54,798 nt of DNA, taken from NCBI GenBank assembly GCA_035371485.1, contig DAOOWV010000002.1, positions 1 to 54,798 of the forward strand, in the 5' to 3' direction. Numbering within the stretch: position 1 is the first letter of the stretch; the number at the start of each line of letters is the position of its first letter. Shown here in pieces: positions 46,199-54,798 of this stretch. The position numbers and the translations under genes were made by a program. Under the pieces are notes generated by a model. It was not told the DNA's origin. It did not search any database and saw only the letters and a program-made list of their open reading frames with translations. This DNA is from Candidatus Dojkabacteria bacterium. GTDB lineage: Bacteria; Patescibacteriota; Dojkabacteria; JAFGLO01.

Positions 46199-47299
46199 AT
46201 GCTTTCAGTAGGAATCGTAGGCAAACCAAATGCTGGAAAATCAACATTATTCAATGCACTCACTAATCAAAATGTGCCTGCAGAAAATTATCCCTTTTGT
46301 ACAATTGATAAAAATACTGGAGTTGTTGCTGTTCCCGATGAACGTCTCGATAAATTAGTAAGGCTCTTTGATTCAAAAGAACGCATTCCTGCAACCGTGA
46401 CCTTTGTAGACATCGCTGGTCTTGTGGCTGGTGCATCACAAGGTGAAGGTCTCGGAAACATGTTTTTGGCACATATACGTGAAGTAGAGCTAATTATTTT
46501 TCTATTAGGTGCTTATGAGCAAGAAAGTGAACCAATAGATGATTTAACTGTTGTAGAAACAGAATTAATATTAAAGGATATAGAAACTGTTGAAAAACGA
46601 TATCAGAAAACTAAAAAAGAAAAGAAATATGAAAAAAAGGGAGCAACTGCGTCAAAATTTGATGAGGTTGCATTACTAGAACGTCTTTTATCACAGCTAA
46701 ATAACAATATCCCAGCTATTGCCTTTTCACAAAATCTAGAAGTAGAAGAACAAGATTATATTAGAGAAATGTTTTTGCTTTCAAATAAAAAATATTTGAT
46801 AACACTAAATATCTCTGAGAAAACTTCCTCTGAAACAGTAAGTCAATATAAACAGCAAATAATTCAGGATAGAGCAAAAAAAGGAATTACATTAACTGAA
46901 GAAGAAATATGTATTGTGAATGCAAAATTGGAATATGAAATATCTAGATTATCAGATACTGAAAAGAATGAATATATTGAAGCATTGGGAATTGAATATA
47001 TTGGAATGCCAGCAATAATTAAACGTTGCTACACCATGTTAAACTACATTACCTTTTATACCGGTGATGAAAGGATGATGAATGCCTGGCAAATAATAAA
47101 TGGAACATCAGCAAAAGAAGCAGCAGGAGTTATTCACACCGATCTAATGAATAAATTTATAAGAGCAGATGTTTTATCCTTTGAAGATATTGTTGCTTGT
47201 GGGGGGTGGAAAGAAGCAAGAGCTAATGGCAAAATTAAAACAGTTGGAAAAGAATATGTTTTACAAGATGGAGATCTGATGATAGTGATGCACAATTAA
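46199..47299 (+). CDS. ychF: Ribosome-binding ATPase YchF (Obg-like)
   Basis: MLSVGIVGKPNAGKSTLFNALT G1 motif, and a TGS/YchF C-terminus (GWKEARANGKIKTVGKEYVLQDGDLM). The track start at 46133 (TTG) lies in repeat sequence. Confidence 0.9.
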   Translation: MLSVGIVGKPNAGKSTLFNALTNQNVPAENYPFCTIDKNTGVVAVPDERLDKLVRLFDSKERIPATVTFVDIAGLVAGASQGEGLGNMFLAHIREVELIIFLLGAYEQESEPIDDLTVVETELILKDIETVEKRYQKTKKEKKYEKKGATASKFDEVALLERLLSQLNNNIPAIAFSQNLEVEEQDYIREMFLLSNKKYLITLNISEKTSSETVSQYKQQIIQDRAKKGITLTEEEICIVNAKLEYEISRLSDTEKNEYIEALGIEYIGMPAIIKRCYTMLNYITFYTGDERMMNAWQIINGTSAKEAAGVIHTDLMNKFIRADVLSFEDIVACGGWKEARANGKIKTVGKEYVLQDGDLMIVMHN

Positions 47300-47300
47300 T

Positions 47301-47369
47301 CAAGTAATAGGTAACAAATAACAAGTAACAAGTGAGTTGAAGGAACAAGTTACAAGTAATAGGTAACAA
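47301..47369. repeat. Heptamer array with a 17-nt perfect direct repeat
   Basis: caagtaa taggtaa caaataa caagtaa caagtga... CAAGTAATAGGTAACAA occurs at 47301-47317 and again at 47353-47369. Confidence 0.85.
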
Positions 47370-47557
47370 TAGAAGCTTATATGCAGTAAATGGTAAACGG
47401 TGGGCAGAAAAATTTGGAGTTAGTGCTGGATTAGGAGTTATAAGTGTTGAGTTATTATAAAGAATAATTAATAAATAATAATTATGTTGTTTTTTAGTTA
47501 TTAGTTATATGTTATGAAATAGCAGGTGGGTACAAAAATAATTTTCATTACATCTTT

Positions 47558-47833
47558 ATGAAAAAAATTATGTCAAGGTGTGGAATTATTTGCTCCGAAT
47601 GTAAGTATAGAGAAAAGTTTAATTGTCCTACTTGTCATAAAACAAATGGCAAACCATTTTGGGGAGAATGTAAAGTTGCAGAATGCAGTATTTCTAAAGA
47701 TTTAAATAATTGTTCAGAATGTAATGGTTTCCCCTGCTAACAATTGAAGGATCTTGCTTATGATCCCAAAGAAGGAGACAATGGACAAAGAATTAAAAAC
47801 TTGGAAAAAGAAAGGGAAAGTGAGAAGAAATAA
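47558..47833 (+). pseudogene. Cys-rich DUF3795-like zinc protein interrupted by an in-frame TAA
   Basis: CGIICSECKYREKFNCPTCHK...CKVAECSISKDLNNCSECNGFPC, then TAA (47738-47740), then in-frame QLKDLAYDPKEGDNGQRIKNLEKERESEKK to TAA at 47831-47833. Confidence 0.5.
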
Positions 47834-47922
47834 ATTATATGTGGACAAACTAACAAGTGAACAAGTTAAGAAATTGGTTATAGGTTCACAAGCTAAGATT
47901 ATTGATAAATAATATAAAACTG

Positions 47923-48657
47923 ATGATTGATACAAAATTTAATTTTTATTCAGACGCAAGAGGTGGTGATCCCGATAATATTAGTCCAACTCTTAGAGAA
48001 TATCATAAGAGATTATGGAGTAAACCCTTACCAAGCGGTAAAATTTTTGATCTGAGCAATGATAAAAGTAATGTCTATTTGTACCATAAGTCAGAAATAG
48101 GTGAATTCTTTCTAGGAAGTGATGCAATAACCCATTCATACAAATATCATAAAAGAAAGTGTTGGATTATTAGTCAGATTCCTAAAGAAGTTGACTATCT
48201 ATTTGACATAGGTTCCACTATTGGAGCCTACATCATATTTCCCAATAATAGGATTAAAGGAAGCTTAACAATCAATCAAGCACGAGGAGTAAATAGTCTA
48301 ATTGATGATAGATTTGACTTAACGTTAGAGTGTATTCGTCTTTTTTACCTAGAACAAAAAAGTCCACTATACAATACATTGTTAAGGTACAAAAGCTTTT
48401 TCGATTTATTTCATAACTTTATTAATTACATTCACTTCTTTTTATTAGATGATTTAATTGATAATAAACAAAATATTAAATTTTATTTACCATTCACATA
48501 TTTTCAAACCCGCCCATCGTTCTCAAATACTGACGAGTATTTATTATATAAAGAGAGAGTTACAAACTTTGTTAGATCAAGAAATAAAAGAATTGAAAAT
48601 TATGTCAAAATCAAAAATAGCCTAAAAGAAATAACTGAATTGAACTTATTTACTTAA
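47923..48657 (+). CDS. Hypothetical protein (about 244 aa)
   Basis: MIDTKFNFYSDARGGDPDNISPTLREYHKRLWSKPLPSGK looks like a conserved globular protein, but I cannot name the family. The track start at 47902 is TTG. Confidence 0.6.
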   Translation: MIDTKFNFYSDARGGDPDNISPTLREYHKRLWSKPLPSGKIFDLSNDKSNVYLYHKSEIGEFFLGSDAITHSYKYHKRKCWIISQIPKEVDYLFDIGSTIGAYIIFPNNRIKGSLTINQARGVNSLIDDRFDLTLECIRLFYLEQKSPLYNTLLRYKSFFDLFHNFINYIHFFLLDDLIDNKQNIKFYLPFTYFQTRPSFSNTDEYLLYKERVTNFVRSRNKRIENYVKIKNSLKEITELNLFT

Positions 48658-48728
48658 TCTTAACCTAATATACAATTCAAACCAGAAATAATTTAATAAT
48701 GTGGAGTAAAAATAATTTTGTATTTAGA

Positions 48729-48763
48729 GATCAGTTATTAGTGACTAGTGATCAGTAATCTAA
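48729..48763. repeat. Heptamer array GAYYAGT type
   Basis: gatcagt tattagt gactagt gatcagt aatctaa. Confidence 0.8.
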
Positions 48764-48813
48764 ACTGAGATCTGCGAACTGAATTCTAAGTACCTAGCAC
48801 TTCTAACAAAAAA

Positions 48814-48848
48814 CTTTTCACTTTTAACTCTTCACTTTTCACTCACTA
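48814..48848. repeat. Heptamer array CTTTTCA type across a stop codon
   Basis: cttttca cttttaa ctcttca cttttca ctcacta. It overlaps the last codons of the 48832-49836 gene. Confidence 0.75.
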
Positions 48849-49836
48849 ATAACTTCCAATATTTCGTCTTCCAGACCTCAATAACTGCCAAAACTGGACC
48901 TTGAATTAGCGACATAATGAAAGACATAACCATTATTGCCAATACAAACACTATAAAAGCTGCTATGATTGCAAAGACAATTCCAAGTGGGAAAAACAAG
49001 CCAAATACAACAACGACCATAATAATGACAAATAGGAATAAGAACACCATCAAGAATGACACAACAGCCAAAACAATCGAAATTAAAAATTTAGCAACCC
49101 AATATAAAATAAAATTAACAATATTGTTCTTCAATAAATCAACAGCATCTTTTATTGAATCCTCAATTGACTTGCCACCAATTAATAAATATCTTTTGGA
49201 CAAATCCAACAAAATACCCAAACAAACAGAGCCTACAATCAATGTAATTATTCCCAATCCACAGAAAAAGATTAGGGGAATTGATAACACACCTAAAATC
49301 AAAGACGCAATTGAGTAGATAACTTCCAGTGCAAAGGTTTTTAAGACATGAGAATGACCATATTTCCATAAACTTTTAAAACTCATATCATATTTCTTAT
49401 CTGCTAAATCTACTGCACTAATTAATACATTGCGTGATACATTTCGAAGATATGTTGATAAAGCAAGCCAAACAAGTGCAACACAACACACTGTCGGAAT
49501 AATAATTAAATAATTATCCTGTATAAACTCAGCAACATCTACAATTGAGTTCCTGTATTTATTATTCTCGAGAATAGGCTTATCATATTTTTTAATATTA
49601 TTGTAATTACTTTTGAAATTTGAACTATTCAAACTACCGGTATTAACCCCGCTAATTGTTCCACCAAACATGACGAAAATGATTCCAAACACTAAAAGAA
49701 TCTTATATAATTTTACAAACGAAAAAGACTCCTTAAACAATTCAATTATCTGGTCAAATGCAACCTTTTTATCATTCATTTTTTTTTGAGTTAAAATAAT
49801 TACATCAATTTTAACAGAAGTTACATACAAATTCAA
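48832..49836 (-). CDS. Polytopic membrane protein, unknown
   Basis: 334-aa ORF with multiple long hydrophobic helices. The start is uncertain (an internal ATG gives MNDKKVAF). Confidence 0.6.
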   Translation of the reverse strand: MNLYVTSVKIDVIILTQKKMNDKKVAFDQIIELFKESFSFVKLYKILLVFGIIFVMFGGTISGVNTGSLNSSNFKSNYNNIKKYDKPILENNKYRNSIVDVAEFIQDNYLIIIPTVCCVALVWLALSTYLRNVSRNVLISAVDLADKKYDMSFKSLWKYGHSHVLKTFALEVIYSIASLILGVLSIPLIFFCGLGIITLIVGSVCLGILLDLSKRYLLIGGKSIEDSIKDAVDLLKNNIVNFILYWVAKFLISIVLAVVSFLMVFLFLFVIIMVVVVFGLFFPLGIVFAIIAAFIVFVLAIMVMSFIMSLIQGPVLAVIEVWKTKYWKLLVSEK

Positions 49837-49877
49837 TTTTTGATATAATCATTCTAAATAATAATTAATAATTAATA

Positions 49878-50606
49878 ATGAACAGTTCTTTTTTATTATA
49901 TTCATTAAAACAAAACTTTAAAAACATATCTCTAACAATCCGCCAAAGTACTGTAGGTAGATTTTTGCTTAACCATGGATTAGACGAAATTCAAAACTCC
50001 CCTATTCTTAACATTACAAAGTATTTACCTCAAAAAGATATAAGAATTTTTTCTCCTTATAAAACCGAATCTGTAATATTAGAAATTGGCACTGGAAATG
50101 GTGAACATTTAGTAAGAATTGCAAAGGACAACACAAAACACACTATTATTGGGTTTGAACTTGTTCAGGAATATGTAAAAAAAACTGCTAATAACATAAT
50201 GAAAAACGTCTGCAAAAATGCAAAGATAGTTCATGGCGAGGCAAAGAAAATAATTGAAAAATATATTCCCAATCAAACTGTTGATAAAATATATATCATT
50301 TGTCCGGATCCTTGGCCTAAGAAAAGACACATAAAACATAGAATTACCTACATTGAAAACCTTACTCCATTGGTCAAAAAACTAAACATGGATGGAGAAA
50401 TAATTGTTATTACTGATAATGAAATTTTAGCTCAAACACTTGACGATAGTTTAGAAAAATATCAAAAAAGCAAAATATTTGATATTCAATTTAAGCGTAA
50501 AAAATATTCAGAACTTCCAAAATTTGTCTTCAGAACAAAATATATTAAAAAATGGGAAAAAATTGGGAGAGAATTTTGGTATTACTCAATAATCAAAGTT
50601 GGGTAG
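49878..50606 (+). CDS. trmB: tRNA (guanine46-N7)-methyltransferase
   Basis: ILEIGTGNGEHL SAM motif and CPDPWPKKRHIKHR signature. Confidence 0.85.
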   Translation: MNSSFLLYSLKQNFKNISLTIRQSTVGRFLLNHGLDEIQNSPILNITKYLPQKDIRIFSPYKTESVILEIGTGNGEHLVRIAKDNTKHTIIGFELVQEYVKKTANNIMKNVCKNAKIVHGEAKKIIEKYIPNQTVDKIYIICPDPWPKKRHIKHRITYIENLTPLVKKLNMDGEIIVITDNEILAQTLDDSLEKYQKSKIFDIQFKRKKYSELPKFVFRTKYIKKWEKIGREFWYYSIIKVG

Positions 50607-51207
50607 TATTATCTTTGTGAGATTTCCGTCTAATTATAATTATAAACAACAAAACAATAAAAATCACTATTAATCCTATACCCACATACTTCCACCAATT
50701 ATTGAAATATCCTCCTGGGGTCTCAACTTTAACTCTAATTTCTGTCAATCCCATTACTTTTCCAACAGTCACTTCATATGCCCCTCCAGCATGATAAACA
50801 ATAAAGTCATAGCTATCTTTTAGCTCACTTAAAGTAAGTGTTAGTCCACCTTCATTATCCAATTTATATTTTTCACCAGCATATAAGACCTCAACATTAG
50901 ACAAGGGATTACCTTCTTTATCGACAAAGATAAATTTAACTTCAAAACTTACCTTCTCTTGAGTATCTTCCTCATCTGGTTGATCATCTTCAACGACCTC
51001 TTCGTCGTTTTCAACCTCAATTACCTGAGGCACTACAACTTTGTTTACTACAGGGATTAAAATTGTAGTGTATAAAATACAATCCGAAAATATTGGAGAT
51101 ATATTCCCAAGCACATCAATGTACTGAACATACATACACAAATTATCGCCTTTTTCATATTTATATGAAATTTCATTAGTCAATGGAACCCAACTCAATG
51201 TTGCCAA
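50593..51207 (-). CDS. C-terminal, membrane-anchored segment of the giant surface protein (separated by a frameshift)
   Basis: The frame stays open upstream of the TTG start (…YEILEIPEDLATLSWVPL). It contains an acidic linker, a CarboxypepD_reg-like beta domain (VKFIFVDKEGNPLSNVEVLYAGEKYKLDNEGG) and a C-terminal TM helix. Confidence 0.65.
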   Translation of the reverse strand: MATLSWVPLTNEISYKYEKGDNLCMYVQYIDVLGNISPIFSDCILYTTILIPVVNKVVVPQVIEVENDEEVVEDDQPDEEDTQEKVSFEVKFIFVDKEGNPLSNVEVLYAGEKYKLDNEGGLTLTLSELKDSYDFIVYHAGGAYEVTVGKVMGLTEIRVKVETPGGYFNNWWKYVGIGLIVIFIVLLFIIIIRRKSHKDNTTQL

Positions 51208-51221
51208 ATCTTCTGGAATTT

Positions 51222-54200
51222 CTAATATCTCATACCTAATACAGAAGTATATTGATCACCATAAGTAAACTTCAGGTTTACATCCCTACTATTAGTTGTC
51301 TTATCTCCATCGTTTATACTAACTCCTCCTGTTGGACCACTTTTATCTATTGTAAACTTACCTGTAGTTGGAGTAACTGTATAATTTCCCGCATTATCAT
51401 AAACTTTTACATACCACTCATAGTTCGCTTCTGCAAAAGAGTTAGTCCACCAAATATCTCTTAGTTTTTCATGAATAGGTATTTCCACCCAAACAGGAAG
51501 TGTTGACTTAGTATTCAAATCCGCCCAAACATCCGATATTTCCTCTTTGACTTTTACCCCAGAACCTTCATTAAGTGGGTAATATGCAAATAATTTGGAA
51601 TATTGAGGATGGGTGTCATCAATTTCTTTAAACATCCAATTATACAGTTCCTCCTGAGTTAATTCTGCATCATAAATTCTAACCTCTCTTATGGAACCAT
51701 TAATACCGTAGTTGTCACTTGAATAGTATTTACCAAAATAAAAAGCACCAATACTAACATCTGGCAATGTATAATATAGTGTTACTTGCCTCTGATTAAT
51801 GAGTTTTCCGTCAATGTAAAGTTTATAATAACCAAACTTATCATAAGTTGTAGCAATATGATGCCAATTACTATCGACATATCCTGTAACATCATAAGAA
51901 ACCGAAGTTCTATTATACGTCGAAATTAGACTATAAGTTCCCGACATGCTATTTTTAGAAAGATATGTATACCAATACATACTAGATCCCGAATCTTTAA
52001 ACGAATACAGAAACCCATCAGGATAGGATGTTATTGGCTCAAGCTTATACCATCCCTCAATTGTCAATTCATCAGTAAACGCATGTGAAAACGTTGGATT
52101 TTCAATCCAATTATCTAACTTAAATATTAATGAACTTTTAACATCATTTATTAGATCTTCTTGCTTAACAGTGCCCAAGAGATTACTCTGGCTCCAGATC
52201 TCATATCTATTTATCCCACTAAAATTAAAAAATTCATGAAAATCATTTGTATTTCCCCAAGCTAAAGTAATATTTCCATCATTTAATAATTCATTGTTTT
52301 TATAATTTTTGATATCAAAATTATTGTCGAGATTAGGAGAATAGGTATCGGAATCATATTCAAGGTTAAAATCTGTTAATTTCGGTGTATCTATCCCACT
52401 ATTCAAATACAATTCAACCTTATATTGTACAAACCTTTTATCATCCATAATTTCAGGTAAATCTAAACCACTTGTAATCAAACTCCATCCTGAATCTATT
52501 TCTTCTTCATCATCAGCTCTAAAATAAACAATAATTGAGGTGCTAGAAGGCAAATTTTGAATCCAACTTATTATTCCCAAACGATTATAATTGGAGTAAA
52601 GATCGAAAACTTCTGAAACATAAATTCCGGATTTTACATAATGATTTCCTGAAAAACTTTGAGAACTGGAAATATTGAACATCAACAAATCATTAACACC
52701 CTGATCTTCAACATCTTGTTGTGAAATATTTGTTCCCAATATAGTAAGATCTCTAATAACTACATCCGAAAAATTAACTAAATTTGACCCAATTGTAAAA
52801 TTACCTGAGACAGAAGGAATCTGAGGCATTGAGACTTCTCCAATTTTCACACCGTTAATATATGCAGAGAATGAGCTTAAATCCCAAGTCAAAACAATTC
52901 TATGAATCTGACCTACTTCCCACTGTATACCATCGGTAGTAATTACTTTCGACTCCCCCATTTCAAAGTATAAATTATCACTATTACCATATTTATAAAT
53001 CTTAATATTGTCTGCCTCAAATAATATTTTAGGCTCATTGTCTAAATTTGATTTGGTTACAAAAGACGAGGTAGTTTTAAAAGAAAAAATAATTGTTCCT
53101 TCTGATGGGTTTATATTCCCCTCAATAGGATAGGATAGAGATGATGATAATCTTATAGAACAGGAGTCATCAGGAGTCGAAATACCGCTATCATCATTGT
53201 TCCCATCACAATTTGCATCCCAAAAATAAATATCATTATTAAATGAGTTTACCGAACCATCAAAATATTCAGAAACAAGATTTGAGGGTTCAACCTGCAC
53301 TGCATCAAGATAAACATATTCACCTGAAATAACCCCAATTCCAAAAGAATGTACCCCAGTACTTTCAGCAGTTACACTCGCACTAATCCTAAACCAAAGA
53401 TCATTCATATTTTCATACTTAGTTTCACTTGATGAAATTACATTTCCATCATAAGTTAGTTTTAGAAAATTATTGTTAATTGAACCATAAAATTGTCTTT
53501 TCGCATAAACAGAAAAAACATAATTCTGTCCCTCCTCAAGAGTAACATCAGTAGAATAATTACCATAAGACATATTTTCAATATCATATAATCCTCTTTG
53601 CGGATCAGCCGATTCAACTGAAGAGCTTAAACCCAACGTTCCATGTAACCCATTTCCTGTACAGTCTGAGACTGTTTGACCTGTAAGGTCATTCATCCTC
53701 CAATTGGCAACAAGTCCACTTGATGCTAACTCTACACATTCTTCATCAGTATATAAAATATTATAATCAGAAGATATCTCCTCTTGAGTTCGAACTTTAT
53801 TCCAAATTCTTAGATTCCCAAGAAAACCTTTATATTCAAACCCGGTATAACCTATAGCTAATCTAATTGGAGAAGTCGAGATTGAAGGTTCAATTGTGTA
53901 CGTATTAGTCGAAACCAATGTTCCATCAACATAACCCTTTATCGTTTTATTTACACTATCCCTAACTAAAGTTATATGATAAGTTTGATAATTTTGTAGC
54001 AAATCTGCAGGAACAATAATAGCACTTGTATAGTTTGACGTAGATTGACCATGATAATAATTAATTGAACCGTTAGTTTCGATTACAAATGAAAATTCAT
54101 TACCATAAGATTTGTGTAAAGGATTGGTACGAGTATACTTTAAGTTATATCCATCAAGTAATGTTGTAGCAGACAGTTCGGCTTTATTGATGTCGAATTC

Positions 54201-54798
54201 AATTGTTAAATCACCTGTAATTTGAAGAAGAACATTATTAGGAATGTTTACTACATCATTAGAACCATCAAACCATAATGAACCTTTATCGCCTGTATGC
54301 AATTCAGGACTATTAAAAACTTTTGCACCTTTTAATCCAGATAGCGAATGATCATTGCTCAATGTTGACAAGATCTCTGAAGACTTTGTCCATCCATTAT
54401 CAAAAAGAGTACTATTTTCAAATGAAGGATTTTTTACAAGATTTTGCGCTAAACCACTAACTAGAACACCTAGCTCTCGATTATAGTTTTGGGAACTATG
54501 TACGTCTAAGACCCATTTGGGTCCAGATTGATTTGGGACTCCAACCCTATACCAATTACCAATCCCTAAAATGGCATCATTATTTCTAGCAGAATCGTAA
54601 GCTTTTAGACTTGAACCATATAATTTGTTCTCTTGAAATTCATCAAAATGATACAATGCAACAGTATTATCATCTGCAACGAAATACAAAGAAGGAGTAA
54701 AATTAGAAGTATATTTAATTCCATGAGTAACAATGACTTCATCGATGTTGCCATTTAAAGATGCAGTTCCACTAGTTTGTCCCAAAAATGATGATGGT
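51222..54798 (-). CDS. Giant surface protein with repeated LamG/concanavalin-A-like lectin domains, partial (N-terminus beyond right edge)
   Basis: The frame is open to the window end (…PSSFLGQTSG), so the TTG at 54785 is not the true start. Repeated LamG_3-type endings occur: NGNIDEVIVTHG, FLGNLRIWNKVRTQEEI and INGSIREVRIYDAELTQEELY. Confidence 0.8.
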   Translation of the reverse strand, partial: PSSFLGQTSGTASLNGNIDEVIVTHGIKYTSNFTPSLYFVADDNTVALYHFDEFQENKLYGSSLKAYDSARNNDAILGIGNWYRVGVPNQSGPKWVLDVHSSQNYNRELGVLVSGLAQNLVKNPSFENSTLFDNGWTKSSEILSTLSNDHSLSGLKGAKVFNSPELHTGDKGSLWFDGSNDVVNIPNNVLLQITGDLTIEFDINKAELSATTLLDGYNLKYTRTNPLHKSYGNEFSFVIETNGSINYYHGQSTSNYTSAIIVPADLLQNYQTYHITLVRDSVNKTIKGYVDGTLVSTNTYTIEPSISTSPIRLAIGYTGFEYKGFLGNLRIWNKVRTQEEISSDYNILYTDEECVELASSGLVANWRMNDLTGQTVSDCTGNGLHGTLGLSSSVESADPQRGLYDIENMSYGNYSTDVTLEEGQNYVFSVYAKRQFYGSINNNFLKLTYDGNVISSSETKYENMNDLWFRISASVTAESTGVHSFGIGVISGEYVYLDAVQVEPSNLVSEYFDGSVNSFNNDIYFWDANCDGNNDDSGISTPDDSCSIRLSSSLSYPIEGNINPSEGTIIFSFKTTSSFVTKSNLDNEPKILFEADNIKIYKYGNSDNLYFEMGESKVITTDGIQWEVGQIHRIVLTWDLSSFSAYINGVKIGEVSMPQIPSVSGNFTIGSNLVNFSDVVIRDLTILGTNISQQDVEDQGVNDLLMFNISSSQSFSGNHYVKSGIYVSEVFDLYSNYNRLGIISWIQNLPSSTSIIVYFRADDEEEIDSGWSLITSGLDLPEIMDDKRFVQYKVELYLNSGIDTPKLTDFNLEYDSDTYSPNLDNNFDIKNYKNNELLNDGNITLAWGNTNDFHEFFNFSGINRYEIWSQSNLLGTVKQEDLINDVKSSLIFKLDNWIENPTFSHAFTDELTIEGWYKLEPITSYPDGFLYSFKDSGSSMYWYTYLSKNSMSGTYSLISTYNRTSVSYDVTGYVDSNWHHIATTYDKFGYYKLYIDGKLINQRQVTLYYTLPDVSIGAFYFGKYYSSDNYGINGSIREVRIYDAELTQEELYNWMFKEIDDTHPQYSKLFAYYPLNEGSGVKVKEEISDVWADLNTKSTLPVWVEIPIHEKLRDIWWTNSFAEANYEWYVKVYDNAGNYTVTPTTGKFTIDKSGPTGGVSINDGDKTTNSRDVNLKFTYGDQYTSVLGMRY

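Noticed and set aside
2701-48848. The heptamer arrays as CRISPR arrays or minisatellite coding repeats.
   Set aside because: The units are only 7 nt, contiguous, without spacers and without cas genes. Period 7 is incompatible with coding.
1-54798. Alternative genetic code (UGA as Gly or Trp, as in some candidate phyla) or TAA reassignment, considered as an explanation for the in-frame stops.
   Set aside because: The conserved genes contain no in-frame TGA. The GT4 gene and miaB terminate at TGA. thyA, folA and others end at TAA exactly at their conserved C-termini. Code 11 fits.

Overview
AT-rich bacterial chromosome segment with standard code 11: TGA and TAA both end conserved genes. It is compact and mostly housekeeping, and it looks like a reduced-genome uncultivated lineage (Patescibacteria/CPR-like; this is inference only). 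Recognisable genes: thyA-folA, a GT4 glycosyltransferase, a minus-strand nucleotide-related operon (adenosine-deaminase-like, APH-type kinase, cytidylyltransferase-like, HIT, CDA-fold deaminase fusion), NYN, HAD, Nudix, rmuC, miaB, ruvBAC, yebC, an RluA-family synthase, dnaB, rpmE, prmC, htrA, rpsF-ssb-rpsR and rplI, ctp, an SPFH protein, an AmmeMemoRadiSam cassette, ychF and trmB. Two large surface proteins run off the window edges. There are three intact tRNAs: Arg-CCU, Leu-CAA and Arg-GCG. No CRISPR array, rRNA, transposase or integrase was seen. Signals not explained by ordinary annotation: (1) At two independent tRNA loci, an intact tRNA sits between 5' and 3' pieces of a second, isoacceptor-like tRNA. 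Those pieces are interrupted by GC-rich structured inserts, and the broken copy carries the anticodon context of the expected major codon (UCU, UAA). (2) Many intergenic spacers are built from degenerate 7-nt tandem arrays, often as inverted or direct copies, with a recurring ATGCAGTAA core. (3) Six genes are disrupted, three of them by in-frame TAA; one of these splits the radical SAM gene of the AmmeMemoRadiSam cassette. (4) An 816-bp gene-free spacer holds an Ala-identity tRNA/tmRNA-like 3' end fragment. (5) Two unknown genes plus ctp are inserted inside the conserved rpsF-ssb-rpsR-rplI block, and there is a second overlapping orphan gene pair. All functional readings are from motifs read by eye; no database search was possible.
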